From assembly GCA_963768055.1 (NCBI GenBank), contig CAVYGN010000002.1, positions 608,001 to 672,000 of the forward strand: DNA of 64,000 nt, written 5' to 3'. The DNA comes from an uncultured Spirochaetota bacterium (GTDB lineage: Bacteria > Spirochaetota > Brevinematia > Brevinematales > JAOACQ01). The notes below the pieces were generated by a model. It worked only from the letters and a program-made list of their open reading frames with translations. It did not search any database and had not been told where the DNA came from. Shown here piece by piece: positions 50,911 to 62,231 of the stretch; within the stretch, counting starts at the first letter, position 1; each line of letters opens with the position of its first letter. The position numbers and the translations under genes were made by a program.

Positions 50911-51891
50911 ATGGATGAAAAATCCAGTGTATCCAGCATACCTGTTTCAAGATTATTGGAAATCGATAAAGAACAGGACCATTTACTCGGGTTTTCTATA
51001 ATTGGCGGTAAAGAAGGCATTGAGAAAAAAATTATAAGCGAAGAGTTTAACAGGCCCGGACTGCCCCTGGCAGGGTTTTTCGACTGCTTCGCGAGCCGCA
51101 GGATTCAGATATTCGGAAGAGGTGAAGTGGCCTTTGTAGAAAAGCTGGTAAAAGAAAATAAAACGGAGAACCTCGAGAAATTTTTTAATTATGATATCCC
51201 GCTTTGCATCGTAACCCATAATTCCCCTCTTCCACGTTTCATAATTAATAAAAGTAACGAAAAATCAATTCCTATTTTTAGAACAAAATTAAGTTCAAGA
51301 CGGCTTATATCATTGATCTCAACAATCCTGGAAGATGTTTTCGCACCTTTTGTTACAGTACATGGAAATTTTATGTCTATTTATAATGTAGGAGTCTTGA
51401 TTATCGGGAAAAGCGGTATTGGAAAAAGCGAAAGTGTTCTCGGACTTGTTGAAAGGGGACATAAATTTATCTGTGACGACATTGTAAAGATAAAAAAAGT
51501 CAGAACCGCACATGGATTCGAATTAAAGGGAGAACCAAATCTGAATTACGGACCTTATCTGGAAATCAGGGGTATAGGAATTATTAACGTATCGCAATAT
51601 TTCGGAGAGGGACGAATACTCAAATCTGAAAAACTGGATTTAATTATTGATTTGCATGAATGGGATGGTACATATGGTTATGACAGACTTGGTTTTGAAG
51701 AAAAATACGACACAATACTTGATATTCAAGTACCGAGAAAAGAAATACCTGTCAGCCCGGGTCGCAATATTCCCTTGTTAATTGAAGTGGCTGCATATAG
51801 GGATGTTATGAGAAAGCTCGGCTATAATTCAGCTCAAGAATTAGATGATAAAATCAGGAGTTTAATGAAAAAGGAAAAAGAAGTTGTATAA
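50911..51891 (+). CDS. hprK: HPr kinase/phosphorylase
   Basis: NRPGL.LAGFF, GKSGIGKSE, ICDD, LEIRGIGII, YDRLG, PVSPGRN. Confidence 0.97.
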   Translation: MDEKSSVSSIPVSRLLEIDKEQDHLLGFSIIGGKEGIEKKIISEEFNRPGLPLAGFFDCFASRRIQIFGRGEVAFVEKLVKENKTENLEKFFNYDIPLCIVTHNSPLPRFIINKSNEKSIPIFRTKLSSRRLISLISTILEDVFAPFVTVHGNFMSIYNVGVLIIGKSGIGKSESVLGLVERGHKFICDDIVKIKKVRTAHGFELKGEPNLNYGPYLEIRGIGIINVSQYFGEGRILKSEKLDLIIDLHEWDGTYGYDRLGFEEKYDTILDIQVPRKEIPVSPGRNIPLLIEVAAYRDVMRKLGYNSAQELDDKIRSLMKKEKEVV

Positions 51892-51943
51892 ATTTTTAAA
51901 ATGATATAAAATTAATAAGTTTTCTCCGAGGGTAAATTTAAGA

Positions 51944-52213
51944 ATGAAAGAAATAAAAGTTGAAATCAAAAATGAATACGGCCTTCATGCCCGTCCATCT
52001 TCCCTAATGGCCAACCTCGCGAGCCAATTCAAGAGTGATATCACAGTTGTTAAAGAAGATAGTGAAGTAAATTGCAAGAGTATTATGAATCTGCTTTTGT
52101 TAGCTGCGGGCAAGGGAGTCGTTTTAACCATTATAGCCGTTGGCGAAGATGAAGAAAAAGCGCTTAATGCACTTAGAGATCTCATTGAAAACAGAAAATT
52201 CGACGAGGATTAG
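51944..52213 (+). CDS. ptsH: Phosphocarrier protein HPr
   Basis: GLHARP (His15) and CKSIM (Ser46). Confidence 0.96.
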   Translation: MKEIKVEIKNEYGLHARPSSLMANLASQFKSDITVVKEDSEVNCKSIMNLLLLAAGKGVVLTIIAVGEDEEKALNALRDLIENRKFDED

Positions 52214-52264
52214 ATTAACTCTAATACCTATCCTACCTTAATCAATTCAGCAATGGAATGTTAA

Positions 52265-53956
52265 ATGCAAAAAAGAAGGGATTATATAATCCTATCTATA
52301 GTAGTGATTATCGCATGGATTATTTCCTACCTGATTTTTCGCTGGCTTGTCTCAATTCATGCAAATTTAACACTGAAAATAGTTGTACCATCAGTGTTTT
52401 TTTTATCGCTTTTTTCAGGACTCTGGTTATTTTATAATTTCATTATGCTCTTTTTTTTCCAGAGTAAGGGCGTCAGGGGATATAAACTTAGAGGAAAAAT
52501 AACTTCATATTTTCTATTATCAACTCTCAGTTTTATTCTGGTTTTCGGCAGCTTAATGTTTTCACTCATATTTATTATCGAAAACACTTTTATCGACAGG
52601 GATAGTACAATAGCAGACAGCCTTCTAAAAAATTATAAAAACATTATATGGGCCCATAAAAATAAATACGAGTCTGAAATTCTTACGGCCTCTGTTAAAG
52701 ATCCATCCTACTTCCCGATAATTTTTAAAATTGACGGAAAACATTTGTTATTTATTAAAAATAATGATTTACAACTTTCCAGGGCCATTGAATCTTATCC
52801 GGGTACCATAATAAAATTCTTTTCGGAAGGTTCCGCAAATATATATTATTCCAGCGATTCGTACAATATTAACATTGTGCGTCATAATGGATTCTATTAT
52901 GCCGGATATACCGAGAAGGTTCTGACCGATGCCATTCAAACACTAAATAATAACCTTGACTCTATTATAAGGCTAAAACAAACAAAGAAATTTATTCTCC
53001 CTGTTTCCATACTATCTATTTTTATACTCGCAGTTCCAATACTGATCGGAGTGTTTTTTGTCAGTTTATCGGTAGCCAAAAATATTACCGTTCCAATCGA
53101 AGAAATCGCCAAGGGAATAAAAATAATTTCTGAAAAAAATCTTGACTATAAGGTAAAAATAAAATCACAAGACGAGATCGGAGATCTAGCCTATCACTTC
53201 AATTCCATGGCAACACGGTTAAAATTTGCATATCAGCAAATAAAAAGAATGGAAAGAATAGAAGCCTGGCAGGAAATGGCCCGCAGACTGGCGCATGAGG
53301 TAAAAAACCCTCTTACTCCTATTAAATTATCTACAGAAAGGCTTCTTTATACCTATGAGTTCAAACCTCAGGACTTTGGAGATATCCTTAATAAAACGAC
53401 AGCTACAATAATAAGTGAAACTAAAAGGCTTGAAAAGCTCGTTAATGAATTTTCCAGGTTTGCCAGGCTGCCAAATGTAAAGCTTGAAAACAAAAATATC
53501 GCTTTAACCCTGAACGAATTGATAGACTTTTTCCAGGGGGCCTATCCTACTTTTAATATTATTAAAAATATCTCTTTCAAGGAATTATTCATCTTTTATG
53601 ACGAAAGCCAACTGAAGCAGGTTATTATTAATCTTGTAAATAACGCCATAGAAGCATGTGAAAATACTGAAAAATATGTTGAAATCAAAGCTGAGACCAA
53701 TGAAGATTATTTGTTATTATCAGTATATGATAAGGGGATAGGAATTCCTCAGGAAATCCAGAATAAAATATTCGAACCATATTTTACGACAAAAAAACAG
53801 GGTAACGGTATCGGATTGGCGATAGCCGAAAGGATTATTTCTGAGCATAACGGTAATATATGGTTTGAAAGCAGGAAGGAAGGAACTACTTTTATAATCC
53901 AAATACCGCTTGAAATAAATCCAATATTGAAATTGCCGAATGATAATAATTTATAA
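52265..53956 (+). CDS. NtrY-like membrane sensor histidine kinase
   Basis: Multiple TMs, HAMP (DEIGDLA..FN.M), AWQEMARRLAHEVKNPLTPI, NLVNNA, PYFTTK, GIGL. Confidence 0.92.
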   Translation: MQKRRDYIILSIVVIIAWIISYLIFRWLVSIHANLTLKIVVPSVFFLSLFSGLWLFYNFIMLFFFQSKGVRGYKLRGKITSYFLLSTLSFILVFGSLMFSLIFIIENTFIDRDSTIADSLLKNYKNIIWAHKNKYESEILTASVKDPSYFPIIFKIDGKHLLFIKNNDLQLSRAIESYPGTIIKFFSEGSANIYYSSDSYNINIVRHNGFYYAGYTEKVLTDAIQTLNNNLDSIIRLKQTKKFILPVSILSIFILAVPILIGVFFVSLSVAKNITVPIEEIAKGIKIISEKNLDYKVKIKSQDEIGDLAYHFNSMATRLKFAYQQIKRMERIEAWQEMARRLAHEVKNPLTPIKLSTERLLYTYEFKPQDFGDILNKTTATIISETKRLEKLVNEFSRFARLPNVKLENKNIALTLNELIDFFQGAYPTFNIIKNISFKELFIFYDESQLKQVIINLVNNAIEACENTEKYVEIKAETNEDYLLLSVYDKGIGIPQEIQNKIFEPYFTTKKQGNGIGLAIAERIISEHNGNIWFESRKEGTTFIIQIPLEINPILKLPNDNNL

Positions 53957-53965
53957 GAGGATTCA

Positions 53966-55330
53966 ATGAAATATAGGGTTTTAGTTGTTGACGATGAGGA
54001 AAAAATCCGGGAAACCATTTCAGATATTCTTATGGATGAAGGTTATGAGGTTATTTGCTCAAATGATGGGGAAGACGCGATTAAAAAAATATTATTCGAG
54101 GATTTAGATGCAGTTTTACTTGATGTAATGTTGCCGAAAAAAGGCGGAATGGATGTTCTCGATTATATCCACAATGAATTCCCACTTATCCCAGCTCTTA
54201 TAATATCTGGACATGGCGATATCAAAATGGCAGTTGAGGCTATGAAAAAAGGCGCATATGATTTTCTGGAAAAACCGCTTTCATTTGAAAGAATTCTTAA
54301 TTCAATCCGGAACGCAGTTAAATTAAAAGAACTTCAGATGGAAAATCTGAATCTAAAGTCAAAAATCGAACCTGTCCAATTTATCGGAAATAGCCGGGGA
54401 ATACAGGAAATAATGGCAAAACTCCCCCAAATAGCTCAAAGCGATGCTTCAGTTCTGATAACTGGAGAAAACGGTACCGGGAAAGAACTTATTGCCAGAA
54501 TGATCCATAGCAACTCCCTGAGAAAAAATTTTCCTTTTATTAGCATCAACTGCGCAGCTATTCCCGAAACTTTAATAGAGTCTGAACTTTTCGGATATGA
54601 AAAAGGCGCTTTTACAGGCGCGATCCGCCAAAAAAAGGGAAAATTTGAAACTGCTCATAGAGGTACGCTGTTTCTTGATGAAATCGGGGACTTGAGCCTG
54701 ACCGCACAGGCAAAAGTCCTAAGAGCAATTCAAGAAAAAGAGATACAAAGAGTCGGAGGCAATGAAATAATAAAGGTAGATGTCAGGCTTATCACGGCTA
54801 CTAATAAAGAACTTTCGGATGAAATAAGGCAGGGTAATTTCAGACAGGATCTTTTTTACAGGCTGAATGTTATCCCGATTTTAATACCGCCCCTTCGTGA
54901 AAGGAATGATGATATAGAACCTCTTATTCTTTATTATATTGATGAACTAGCTACAAAGAGGGGTAAATGTGTTTCTCTTTCAAGGGCCGCCATTCACATA
55001 CTTGAAAACAGGAATTGGCCCGGAAATGTCAGAGAACTCCGTAATTTCATAGAAAGGCTTATCATCTTAAATAACAAGCCTAACATCGAAGCTGAAGATG
55101 TCATGAAATTATTATATTCTGAAGAAAATAATATAAATTTGAAGTATGAAAAAATGAATCTAAAAGAAGCGAAGCATGATTTTGAAAAAAAATTGATAAT
55201 AAACAGACTGATCCGCATGAATAACAACATCACAAAAACTGCCGAATCACTTGAAATTGAAAGAACGTATCTGCATAGAAAAATCAAAGAGCTTAAAATA
55301 GATACCGACCTTGAATTAAAAGAGGAATAA
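53966..55330 (+). CDS. NtrX/NtrC-like sigma54-dependent response regulator
   Basis: Receiver (VVDD, LLDV), GENGTGKE, GAFTGA, FLDEIG, WPGNVRE, C-terminal Fis-type HTH. Confidence 0.95.
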   Translation: MKYRVLVVDDEEKIRETISDILMDEGYEVICSNDGEDAIKKILFEDLDAVLLDVMLPKKGGMDVLDYIHNEFPLIPALIISGHGDIKMAVEAMKKGAYDFLEKPLSFERILNSIRNAVKLKELQMENLNLKSKIEPVQFIGNSRGIQEIMAKLPQIAQSDASVLITGENGTGKELIARMIHSNSLRKNFPFISINCAAIPETLIESELFGYEKGAFTGAIRQKKGKFETAHRGTLFLDEIGDLSLTAQAKVLRAIQEKEIQRVGGNEIIKVDVRLITATNKELSDEIRQGNFRQDLFYRLNVIPILIPPLRERNDDIEPLILYYIDELATKRGKCVSLSRAAIHILENRNWPGNVRELRNFIERLIILNNKPNIEAEDVMKLLYSEENNINLKYEKMNLKEAKHDFEKKLIINRLIRMNNNITKTAESLEIERTYLHRKIKELKIDTDLELKEE

Positions 55331-55341
55331 TAAGGAATACT

Positions 55342-56487
55342 TCAATATTTTAACAAAGTTGACAATTTATCAATCTCATCGGGATCATCAATGGTTTTAT
55401 AAATAATCCGTGAAGAATCCTGCCTGAGATCAGACTCTATCGGGTTTCTGAGCGGAAACCCCTGAAAATTCTTCAATATGACAATACTGGGCCTCATAGT
55501 ATATTCGTCTTCCTTGTCTAAAACATATCCAATTTCACCTGTATTCAGGTATACATAACTTCCTACAGGATAATAAGAACCCAGTTCAAACATTTTTGAA
55601 AGCTCGTTTACAAACCTCTGAGTAACAAAGGGATTGAAATGCTTCATTGTATTTCTCATAATGTAAAGCAGAGCATCGTTCACGCAATATGCCTGTTTAT
55701 AGGGCCTTTCCGTCGTCAGTGCGTCATAAACATCGCTAACCGATACAATCCCCGCGAAGTTTCCAATCGCTTCTTCTTTCAATCCTAGAGGATATCCGGA
55801 TCCGTCCCATTTTTCATGATGATATATAATTATTTTTTTAATATAACTGCTCAGACTATTATCTTCCCTTATCAGATTATAGCCATAAATAGGGTGCTTT
55901 TTCATTTCACGAAATTCTTCAGCCGTAAGCATCCCATTTTTATTTACAATTTTGCTGGGAACCAGGATTTTACCAATATCATGAAGAAATCCTCCAAGCC
56001 CTACATCCAGTGCAAAAAGATCATTAAAACCCAGTTTTTTTGTGAGAAAAACGGATAATATCCCTACATTGATCGAATGATAATAGGTATAAGAATCATA
56101 ATCCTTCAGCACCATAAGGTTTAGAAAATTATCGGGATGAGATTTGACTTCTTCAAGGAATCTCTCAACTGTTTTTTTAGCCGCTTTCAGATCTTTCAGT
56201 TTTCCATATCTTATCTGATGTCCAACCTCTTCTATTGTATCCAGTGCAAATTCACGGGTGGAGTTTGAGAAGACCGGCGGTTTACTGAAGATGTCTTTAA
56301 ATTTCGGGGCTGAATAGTAAATATTTTTAACGCCCCTTTCTTTTAATTTATCTATAAAGCTCGATGTGAGAGGCTTACGGGCCGGCCATAGCATATTCCC
56401 GTATTCATCGTAAACTATACCGCAAAGAAGCACACCTTCTCTTAAAAATTTGACATCAATAATTTCTAACTTTTCTTTTTCAAGCAT
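55342..56487 (-). CDS. HD-GYP cyclic di-nucleotide phosphodiesterase
   Basis: YTYYHS, LHDIGK, HHEKWDGSGYP, DVYDAL..RPYK. Confidence 0.93.
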   Translation of the reverse strand: MLEKEKLEIIDVKFLREGVLLCGIVYDEYGNMLWPARKPLTSSFIDKLKERGVKNIYYSAPKFKDIFSKPPVFSNSTREFALDTIEEVGHQIRYGKLKDLKAAKKTVERFLEEVKSHPDNFLNLMVLKDYDSYTYYHSINVGILSVFLTKKLGFNDLFALDVGLGGFLHDIGKILVPSKIVNKNGMLTAEEFREMKKHPIYGYNLIREDNSLSSYIKKIIIYHHEKWDGSGYPLGLKEEAIGNFAGIVSVSDVYDALTTERPYKQAYCVNDALLYIMRNTMKHFNPFVTQRFVNELSKMFELGSYYPVGSYVYLNTGEIGYVLDKEDEYTMRPSIVILKNFQGFPLRNPIESDLRQDSSRIIYKTIDDPDEIDKLSTLLKY

Positions 56488-56542
56488 ATTATGCCTTTAA
56501 TGATCCCCGGATAATCAAAATTTTTTATTACTAATAATATTA

Positions 56543-59179
56543 TTATTTAAGCCCGAGGTTATTTCTAATTTTATTTCTTTCACCCTCCATAAATGATATC
56601 TTCTCTTTTTCTTTATTAATCACTGCTTCCGGGGCCCTGCTTAAAAAACTTGAATTTGACAGCTTTTTCATTGCCGATTCAATTGAGGTTTCAAGTCTCT
56701 TTAGTTCCGCTATTAGTTTATCTTTTTCTTTTTTAATATCGACAATCCCTTTAAGGGAAATATACACTTCAAACCCTTTTCCGACACCCAGTACCTCATC
56801 CTTTTCTTTATCATGCTCTCCGTCTAAAACCAGTTTTTCAACTTTAGACAGCTTTTTTATTACATTTAAATGTTTAAGCATAAAATCAGCAAAGTTTTTA
56901 TCTCCGGCTTTCATCACCGCTTCAACCATAACATTTGGCAGTATCTTATTCTCTCCACGTATGTTGCGAATAGTTCTGATAAAATTTTGAACCATGGAAA
57001 CAAGATTTTCCTCTTCTTCATAAATCAGTGCTTCGTTAAATTCAGGATAATTATCAATAACCAGCGAAACCTTATGCTGTGGAAGGCTCCGATGTATCAT
57101 TTCTGTAATAAAAGGCATAAAGGGGTGTAAAAGCTTGAGGCTTCCTTCAAGAGTATATAATAATACAGAGATTTTAGAATCCTTATCCTCCTGTTCCCCT
57201 TTATAAATCGCAACCTTTGAAATCTCAATGTACCAATCGCAGAATTCGCTCCAAATAAAGTCATAGAGACTTATTGCCGCATCGTTGAAATTAAAATTCT
57301 CTATCTCGTCCCTGACTTTCTTAACTGTTTTATTGAACTTCGATAGTATCCATTTATCAAAATCGTCAAGCCGGATATTCCACGGGTTTTTAATCACGGT
57401 TATTGAAGAGTTTTGCAGAATGAACCGTGAAGCATTCCAAATTTTATTCGCGAAATTTCTTCCTAATTCACAATTCTCTTTAGTGTAATAAATATCATTT
57501 CCCAAAGGCGCCAACCTCGTTATGGTGAAACGAAGAGCATCGGCCCCGTATTCCTTTATTACATCTATCGGATCAGGCGAATTACCAAGCGATTTGCTCA
57601 TTTTTCTTCCCAAATCGTCTCTTACTATCCCGGTAAAATAAACTTTGCTGAATGGTATTTTTTTCAAAAATTCCAGACCGGCAACTATCATTCTGGCCAC
57701 CCAGAAAAAGATAATTTCAGGAGCAGTAACCAGCGTGTCTGTAGGGTAATAATATTTCAGGTTTTTATCGACCACAGGCCAACTGTGAACTGCGAAAGGC
57801 CAAAGCCAAGAAGAAGCCCAAGTATCCAGAACATCCTCATCCTGCCTCAATACCGTGTTGCCGCATTCATCGCATTTTTCAGGAACTTGTTCAAAAGCGT
57901 CATAATGGCCGCATTCATCACAGTAATATACCGGTATTCGATGGCCCCACCATAACTGCCTCGATATACACCAATCTTTAACATTTTCAAGCCAGTGAAA
58001 ATACGTTTTCGTCCACCTTTCAGGATAGAAGGTTATCTTGCCGTTTTTAACCGCTTTCATTGCAGGTTTGACAAGTTCATCCATCTTCATAAACCACTGT
58101 TCCGAAAGGTAAGGCTCAATAGGAACATGCCCCCGTTCGCTATAACCGACCTTATGGGTATAATTCTCGACCTTTGAAAGCAGTTTTAGTTCCTTCATTT
58201 TCTCAACAACAGCTTCCCTGGCTTCATACCTGTCCATTCCGCGAAAATCTTCCGGTACATTTTCATTTAATGTTGCATCTTTGTTCAAAATATTTAAAAA
58301 TTCCAATTCATGATTATTACCGATAATGTAATCATTAGGGTCATGAGCGGGAGTGATCTTTACAACGCCTGTACCGAACTCCCTATCGACATACTCATCC
58401 GCAATTACCGGTATTTCCTTGTCAACGATGGGAAGTATTACATACTTTCCAACATATTCCCGGTATCGATTGTCCCCGGGATTGACTGCAACAGCGGTAT
58501 CGCCAAACATAGTCTCGGGTCTTGTGGTTGCAATTTCGAGACATTTATCCGAATCTTTCAAGGGGTATTTGAAGTGCCAGAGTTTACCTTCGACCTCTTG
58601 ATAATACACTTCCTCATCCGAAATTGCCGATTTGGAAACGGGGCACCAGTTAACAAGCCTATAACCCTTATAAATATATCCTTTTTTATATAAATAAACA
58701 AAGCTATGAATAACAGCCTTATAATATCCATCATCCATAGTGAATCTTTCCCGATCCCAGTCGCAGCTGGCCCCCATTTTTTTCAGCTGGCTTATAATTA
58801 TCCCACCATATTTTCTTTTCCATTCCCACGCATATTCAAGGAATTTTTCACGCCCTATTTCAAATTTATCGATCCCTTTATCCTCAAGATACTTAGCAAC
58901 TTTTGCTTCAGTCGCTATCGAGGCATGATCGGTGCCGGGGATCCAGCATACCTCAAAACCGTTCATCCTGTGATAACGTATTAATATATCCTGGATAGTA
59001 TTGTTCAGGATATGTCCCATATGAAGCACGCCGGTAACATTAGGAGGAGGAATCACTATTGTATAAGGTTTTTTATCCGGATTAACAGAACTTTTAAAGT
59101 AACCTTCACGGAGCCAATATTCATATATTTCCCCCTCGAATTCAGATGGATTATAAGCACTTTCCAATGCCGGATTCAT
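56543..59179 (-). CDS. valS: Valine--tRNA ligase
   Basis: PPPNVTGVLHMGH, DWCISRQLWWGH, KMSKS; C-terminal coiled coil; likely start MNPALE at 59179. Confidence 0.98.
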   Translation of the reverse strand: MNPALESAYNPSEFEGEIYEYWLREGYFKSSVNPDKKPYTIVIPPPNVTGVLHMGHILNNTIQDILIRYHRMNGFEVCWIPGTDHASIATEAKVAKYLEDKGIDKFEIGREKFLEYAWEWKRKYGGIIISQLKKMGASCDWDRERFTMDDGYYKAVIHSFVYLYKKGYIYKGYRLVNWCPVSKSAISDEEVYYQEVEGKLWHFKYPLKDSDKCLEIATTRPETMFGDTAVAVNPGDNRYREYVGKYVILPIVDKEIPVIADEYVDREFGTGVVKITPAHDPNDYIIGNNHELEFLNILNKDATLNENVPEDFRGMDRYEAREAVVEKMKELKLLSKVENYTHKVGYSERGHVPIEPYLSEQWFMKMDELVKPAMKAVKNGKITFYPERWTKTYFHWLENVKDWCISRQLWWGHRIPVYYCDECGHYDAFEQVPEKCDECGNTVLRQDEDVLDTWASSWLWPFAVHSWPVVDKNLKYYYPTDTLVTAPEIIFFWVARMIVAGLEFLKKIPFSKVYFTGIVRDDLGRKMSKSLGNSPDPIDVIKEYGADALRFTITRLAPLGNDIYYTKENCELGRNFANKIWNASRFILQNSSITVIKNPWNIRLDDFDKWILSKFNKTVKKVRDEIENFNFNDAAISLYDFIWSEFCDWYIEISKVAIYKGEQEDKDSKISVLLYTLEGSLKLLHPFMPFITEMIHRSLPQHKVSLVIDNYPEFNEALIYEEEENLVSMVQNFIRTIRNIRGENKILPNVMVEAVMKAGDKNFADFMLKHLNVIKKLSKVEKLVLDGEHDKEKDEVLGVGKGFEVYISLKGIVDIKKEKDKLIAELKRLETSIESAMKKLSNSSFLSRAPEAVINKEKEKISFMEGERNKIRNNLGLK

Positions 59180-59336
59180 CAAAAAACCCCCGCTTTTTAA
59201 ATATATGAATATATACCAAATTTTAAGGGGGGTAGGTTCAATTGTCAAGCGTACAATTACTTTAATTAATCGTTAAAAAGGTATTATAATTATATGTGAT
59301 ATAATTATCTGTTCTATTACCGGGAGGTTTTTTCAT

Positions 59337-59540
59337 ATGATCAATGTAACAATCAACGGGGAGATCATAACCGCGGAAAACCGGAATATCTGGGATTTGA
59401 TAAAATTCGATAAAAAACTGGAACCTTCGCAAGTTGTAGTCGAGTATAATCAGAAAATACTAAAACGGGAATATTGGAAGAGCACAGTTTTAAAAGAGGG
59501 TGATAAGCTTGAAATTGTAAGTTTTGTAGGCGGAGGGTGA
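59337..59540 (+). CDS. thiS: Sulfur carrier protein ThiS
   Basis: 67 aa ubiquitin-like fold ending EIVSFVGGG; GGAGG RBS. Confidence 0.92.
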   Translation: MINVTINGEIITAENRNIWDLIKFDKKLEPSQVVVEYNQKILKREYWKSTVLKEGDKLEIVSFVGGG

Positions 59541-59552
59541 TTCCTTCCGTTT

Positions 59553-60416
59553 CTATTCAGGATTGAAATCGCCGAAATCGTCCTCATGGCTATTCATCTT
59601 CAGCTTCGGGACTTTCGGAATATTCCGCCCATAAAATATTTCCGACATTTCTTTCTTCAGGCGCTGTTTTATCTTTTTCTTTTCTCCCTGCAGGAGGTTC
59701 TTTTTTCCGGTTCCGAATAAATAATTATCAAGGTCAAATTCCTTGAGTATTAATTTTGTATGGAATATATTTTCCTGATAAACGTTAACATCGACTGCAT
59801 GAAACGTGTCAAGGGACTCTTCAGATATAAAGTTTTGAATTGAATTTATCTTATGATCGATAAAAAATTTTTTACCGTCGACATCCCTGGTAAACCCGCG
59901 TACCCTGTAATCCAGCATCATTATATCAGGGTTGAAGCTATGAATCAGATAGTTCAGGGCTTTCAGGGGAGAAACGAGACCGCATGTCGACACATCAATA
60001 TCCGCTCTGAAAGTGCTTATCCCATTATCCGGGTGACTTTCAGGAAAGGTATGGACTGTAATATGGCTTTTATCGAGATGTCCGACAACAGCATTTGGAA
60101 TAGGCCCCGGAAGTTCCGCGTTTGGGAAGTCTTCCGGAACATCCGCTTTATCGGAAATCAGAATAGTCACGCTTGATCCCTGGGGATCAAAATCCTGCTT
60201 CGCTATATTCAAGATCCTGGCCCCGATGATTTTTACAACATCGCTTAGAATATGAGTCAGCCGTTCTGCATTATACTCCTCATCTATGTACTCTATATAA
60301 GCATGCCTGTGTTCTGTCGTTTTCGCATAGCATATATCATACATATTGAAACTAAGAGTTTTTGTCAGATTGTTAAACCCGAAAAGCTTAAGCTTTTTCA
60401 AGGGCTTTACTTCCAT
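59553..60416 (-). CDS. speD: S-adenosylmethionine decarboxylase proenzyme (E. coli-type)
   Basis: [23 protein letters not shown] cleavage site, [16 protein letters not shown]. Confidence 0.95.
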   Translation of the reverse strand: MEVKPLKKLKLFGFNNLTKTLSFNMYDICYAKTTEHRHAYIEYIDEEYNAERLTHILSDVVKIIGARILNIAKQDFDPQGSSVTILISDKADVPEDFPNAELPGPIPNAVVGHLDKSHITVHTFPESHPDNGISTFRADIDVSTCGLVSPLKALNYLIHSFNPDIMMLDYRVRGFTRDVDGKKFFIDHKINSIQNFISEESLDTFHAVDVNVYQENIFHTKLILKEFDLDNYLFGTGKKNLLQGEKKKIKQRLKKEMSEIFYGRNIPKVPKLKMNSHEDDFGDFNPE

Positions 60417-60461
60417 CCTTTTCTCCTGAACATTATAAATTATGTTACGGTTAATTTTAAT

Positions 60462-62156
60462 TCAATCGATGAAATCCATCAATTCCTTTACACGTTTCGG
60501 ATTTCTCAGCTTCCTGAGGGCTTTTGCCTCGATCTGGCGAATCCTCTCCCTTGTTACCTGGAAAAGATACCCCACCTCTTCAAGTGTGTGGGAATAACCG
60601 TCTTCCAGCCCGAACCGCATTCTCAAAACCTTCTGTTCCCTCAGAGGAAGCTGGTCTATAATCTCGCCTAATTTTTCTCTGAGCATATTATTCATGGTTG
60701 AATTAAGCGGACTTGCAGCTTTAATATCCTCGATAAAATCACCCAGGGCGGAATCCTCATCCCTGCCCACCGGTGTTTCAAGAGAAACAGGGTCATTAGC
60801 TACACTTTTAATATTCTTAACCTTAGAAATACCCCAGCCTACACGGGTGGATATTTCTTCAACGGAAGGCAGCCTCCCAAGGTCCTGGGTAAGATCCATT
60901 TCGGCTTTTTTTACCTTGTTTATTTGTTCTATCATATGTATAGGCACACGGATAGTCCGGGACTGCTCGGAAATCGAGCGAGTTATTGCCTGCCTTATCC
61001 ACCAGGTAGCATAAGTTGAAAATTTATAACCTTTCCTGTATTCAAATTTCTCAACAGCCCTTATCAGTCCTATATTGCCTTCCTGGATAAGATCGAATAG
61101 ATGAACACCCCTGTTTATATATCTTTTTCCAATGCTGACAACCAGTCTTAAATTGGCCTGGACAAGTTCTTTTTTCCTTTCTTCAACTATATTCTTCCCT
61201 TCTTTTATTTCATGTGACCAGTGGATCAATTCAATGGTTGAAACCTTATATGTATTCTCGATCTCTCCTATTTTCCCTTCTTTCTCTTCAATGCTCTGAA
61301 TAAGTGTTTTTATAGAATCGTTGGCAGGGTTCTGCTTTTGAAGTTTATAGAGATCGCTAATCACGATATTATTGACTTCTTCCACCTTCTTGAAATAATC
61401 CAGGAATTTTTCAAGATCCTCGGCTACATAGATCAATTTTTCAGCAGCATTAAGAAGGATCTTTTGGTTTATATCTATGGTTTTTATATCATCAACGAAT
61501 TTTCTCCTGATGATTCGAATATCCTCTTTTAATTCCGCTTTTTTTCTTTCATTCGAATTTTCCCATTCCCTGTCGATTTTTTCCATTTCGTTATAGAAAT
61601 CTTTCAGGTAAGAGGCAACCCTGGCAATTACTTTCATCCTCTCTTTTCTTTCTTTCGCTGTGATATTATATATCTTTGGGAGATTGAAAAAATTATATAA
61701 TTTACCCTTTCCCTTAAGAATATCTTCGATAATACGGTTAATTTCAGGGACAAGGAATCCGGCATTATAAACAGAACTATTTATCTTGAGCTGTCCTTCC
61801 TCTATCTTTTTAGCTATTTCAATTTCCTGCGGCTGTGCAAGGAGTGGAATTTTACCAATTTTTTTCAAGTAAATCCTCAGGGGATTATCCGATTGCTCGT
61901 CTTCGCTTTCTATGATAATCGAGTCGATATCATCGTATGAATCCTCAATAAATTCGTCAAATTCCTCAAGAAAAGCATCAGCTATATTAACTTCGTTTTC
62001 TTCAAGCAGGCGAAGGACATTGTCGATGCCTTCAGGCGATGAGATAACGGATTCAGGCAGGCGGTCTAATATTTCATCGTAAGTCAGCATCCCTTTCTCT
62101 TTTCCAAATTTTATCAGCCGATTTACATCTTCATTCTCAAGTAAATCATCGAACAT
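60462..62156 (-). CDS. rpoD: Primary sigma factor sigma-70
   Basis: Region 1.1, DNPLRIYL, non-conserved region, [31 protein letters not shown]; follows dnaG. Confidence 0.97.
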   Translation of the reverse strand: MFDDLLENEDVNRLIKFGKEKGMLTYDEILDRLPESVISSPEGIDNVLRLLEENEVNIADAFLEEFDEFIEDSYDDIDSIIIESEDEQSDNPLRIYLKKIGKIPLLAQPQEIEIAKKIEEGQLKINSSVYNAGFLVPEINRIIEDILKGKGKLYNFFNLPKIYNITAKERKERMKVIARVASYLKDFYNEMEKIDREWENSNERKKAELKEDIRIIRRKFVDDIKTIDINQKILLNAAEKLIYVAEDLEKFLDYFKKVEEVNNIVISDLYKLQKQNPANDSIKTLIQSIEEKEGKIGEIENTYKVSTIELIHWSHEIKEGKNIVEERKKELVQANLRLVVSIGKRYINRGVHLFDLIQEGNIGLIRAVEKFEYRKGYKFSTYATWWIRQAITRSISEQSRTIRVPIHMIEQINKVKKAEMDLTQDLGRLPSVEEISTRVGWGISKVKNIKSVANDPVSLETPVGRDEDSALGDFIEDIKAASPLNSTMNNMLREKLGEIIDQLPLREQKVLRMRFGLEDGYSHTLEEVGYLFQVTRERIRQIEAKALRKLRNPKRVKELMDFID

Positions 62157-62231
62157 AATCTATATATCCTCCTGTGATCGTTTATTTTCCCTTTTTAACG
62201 GCAGGGAAAATCGCCATATATATAAAAACGA

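Noticed and set aside
62185..62210. TTTTCCCT...AGGGAAAA inverted repeat between dnaG and rpoD as a terminator
   Set aside because: AT-rich 8-bp stem with a 10-nt loop; too weak to call
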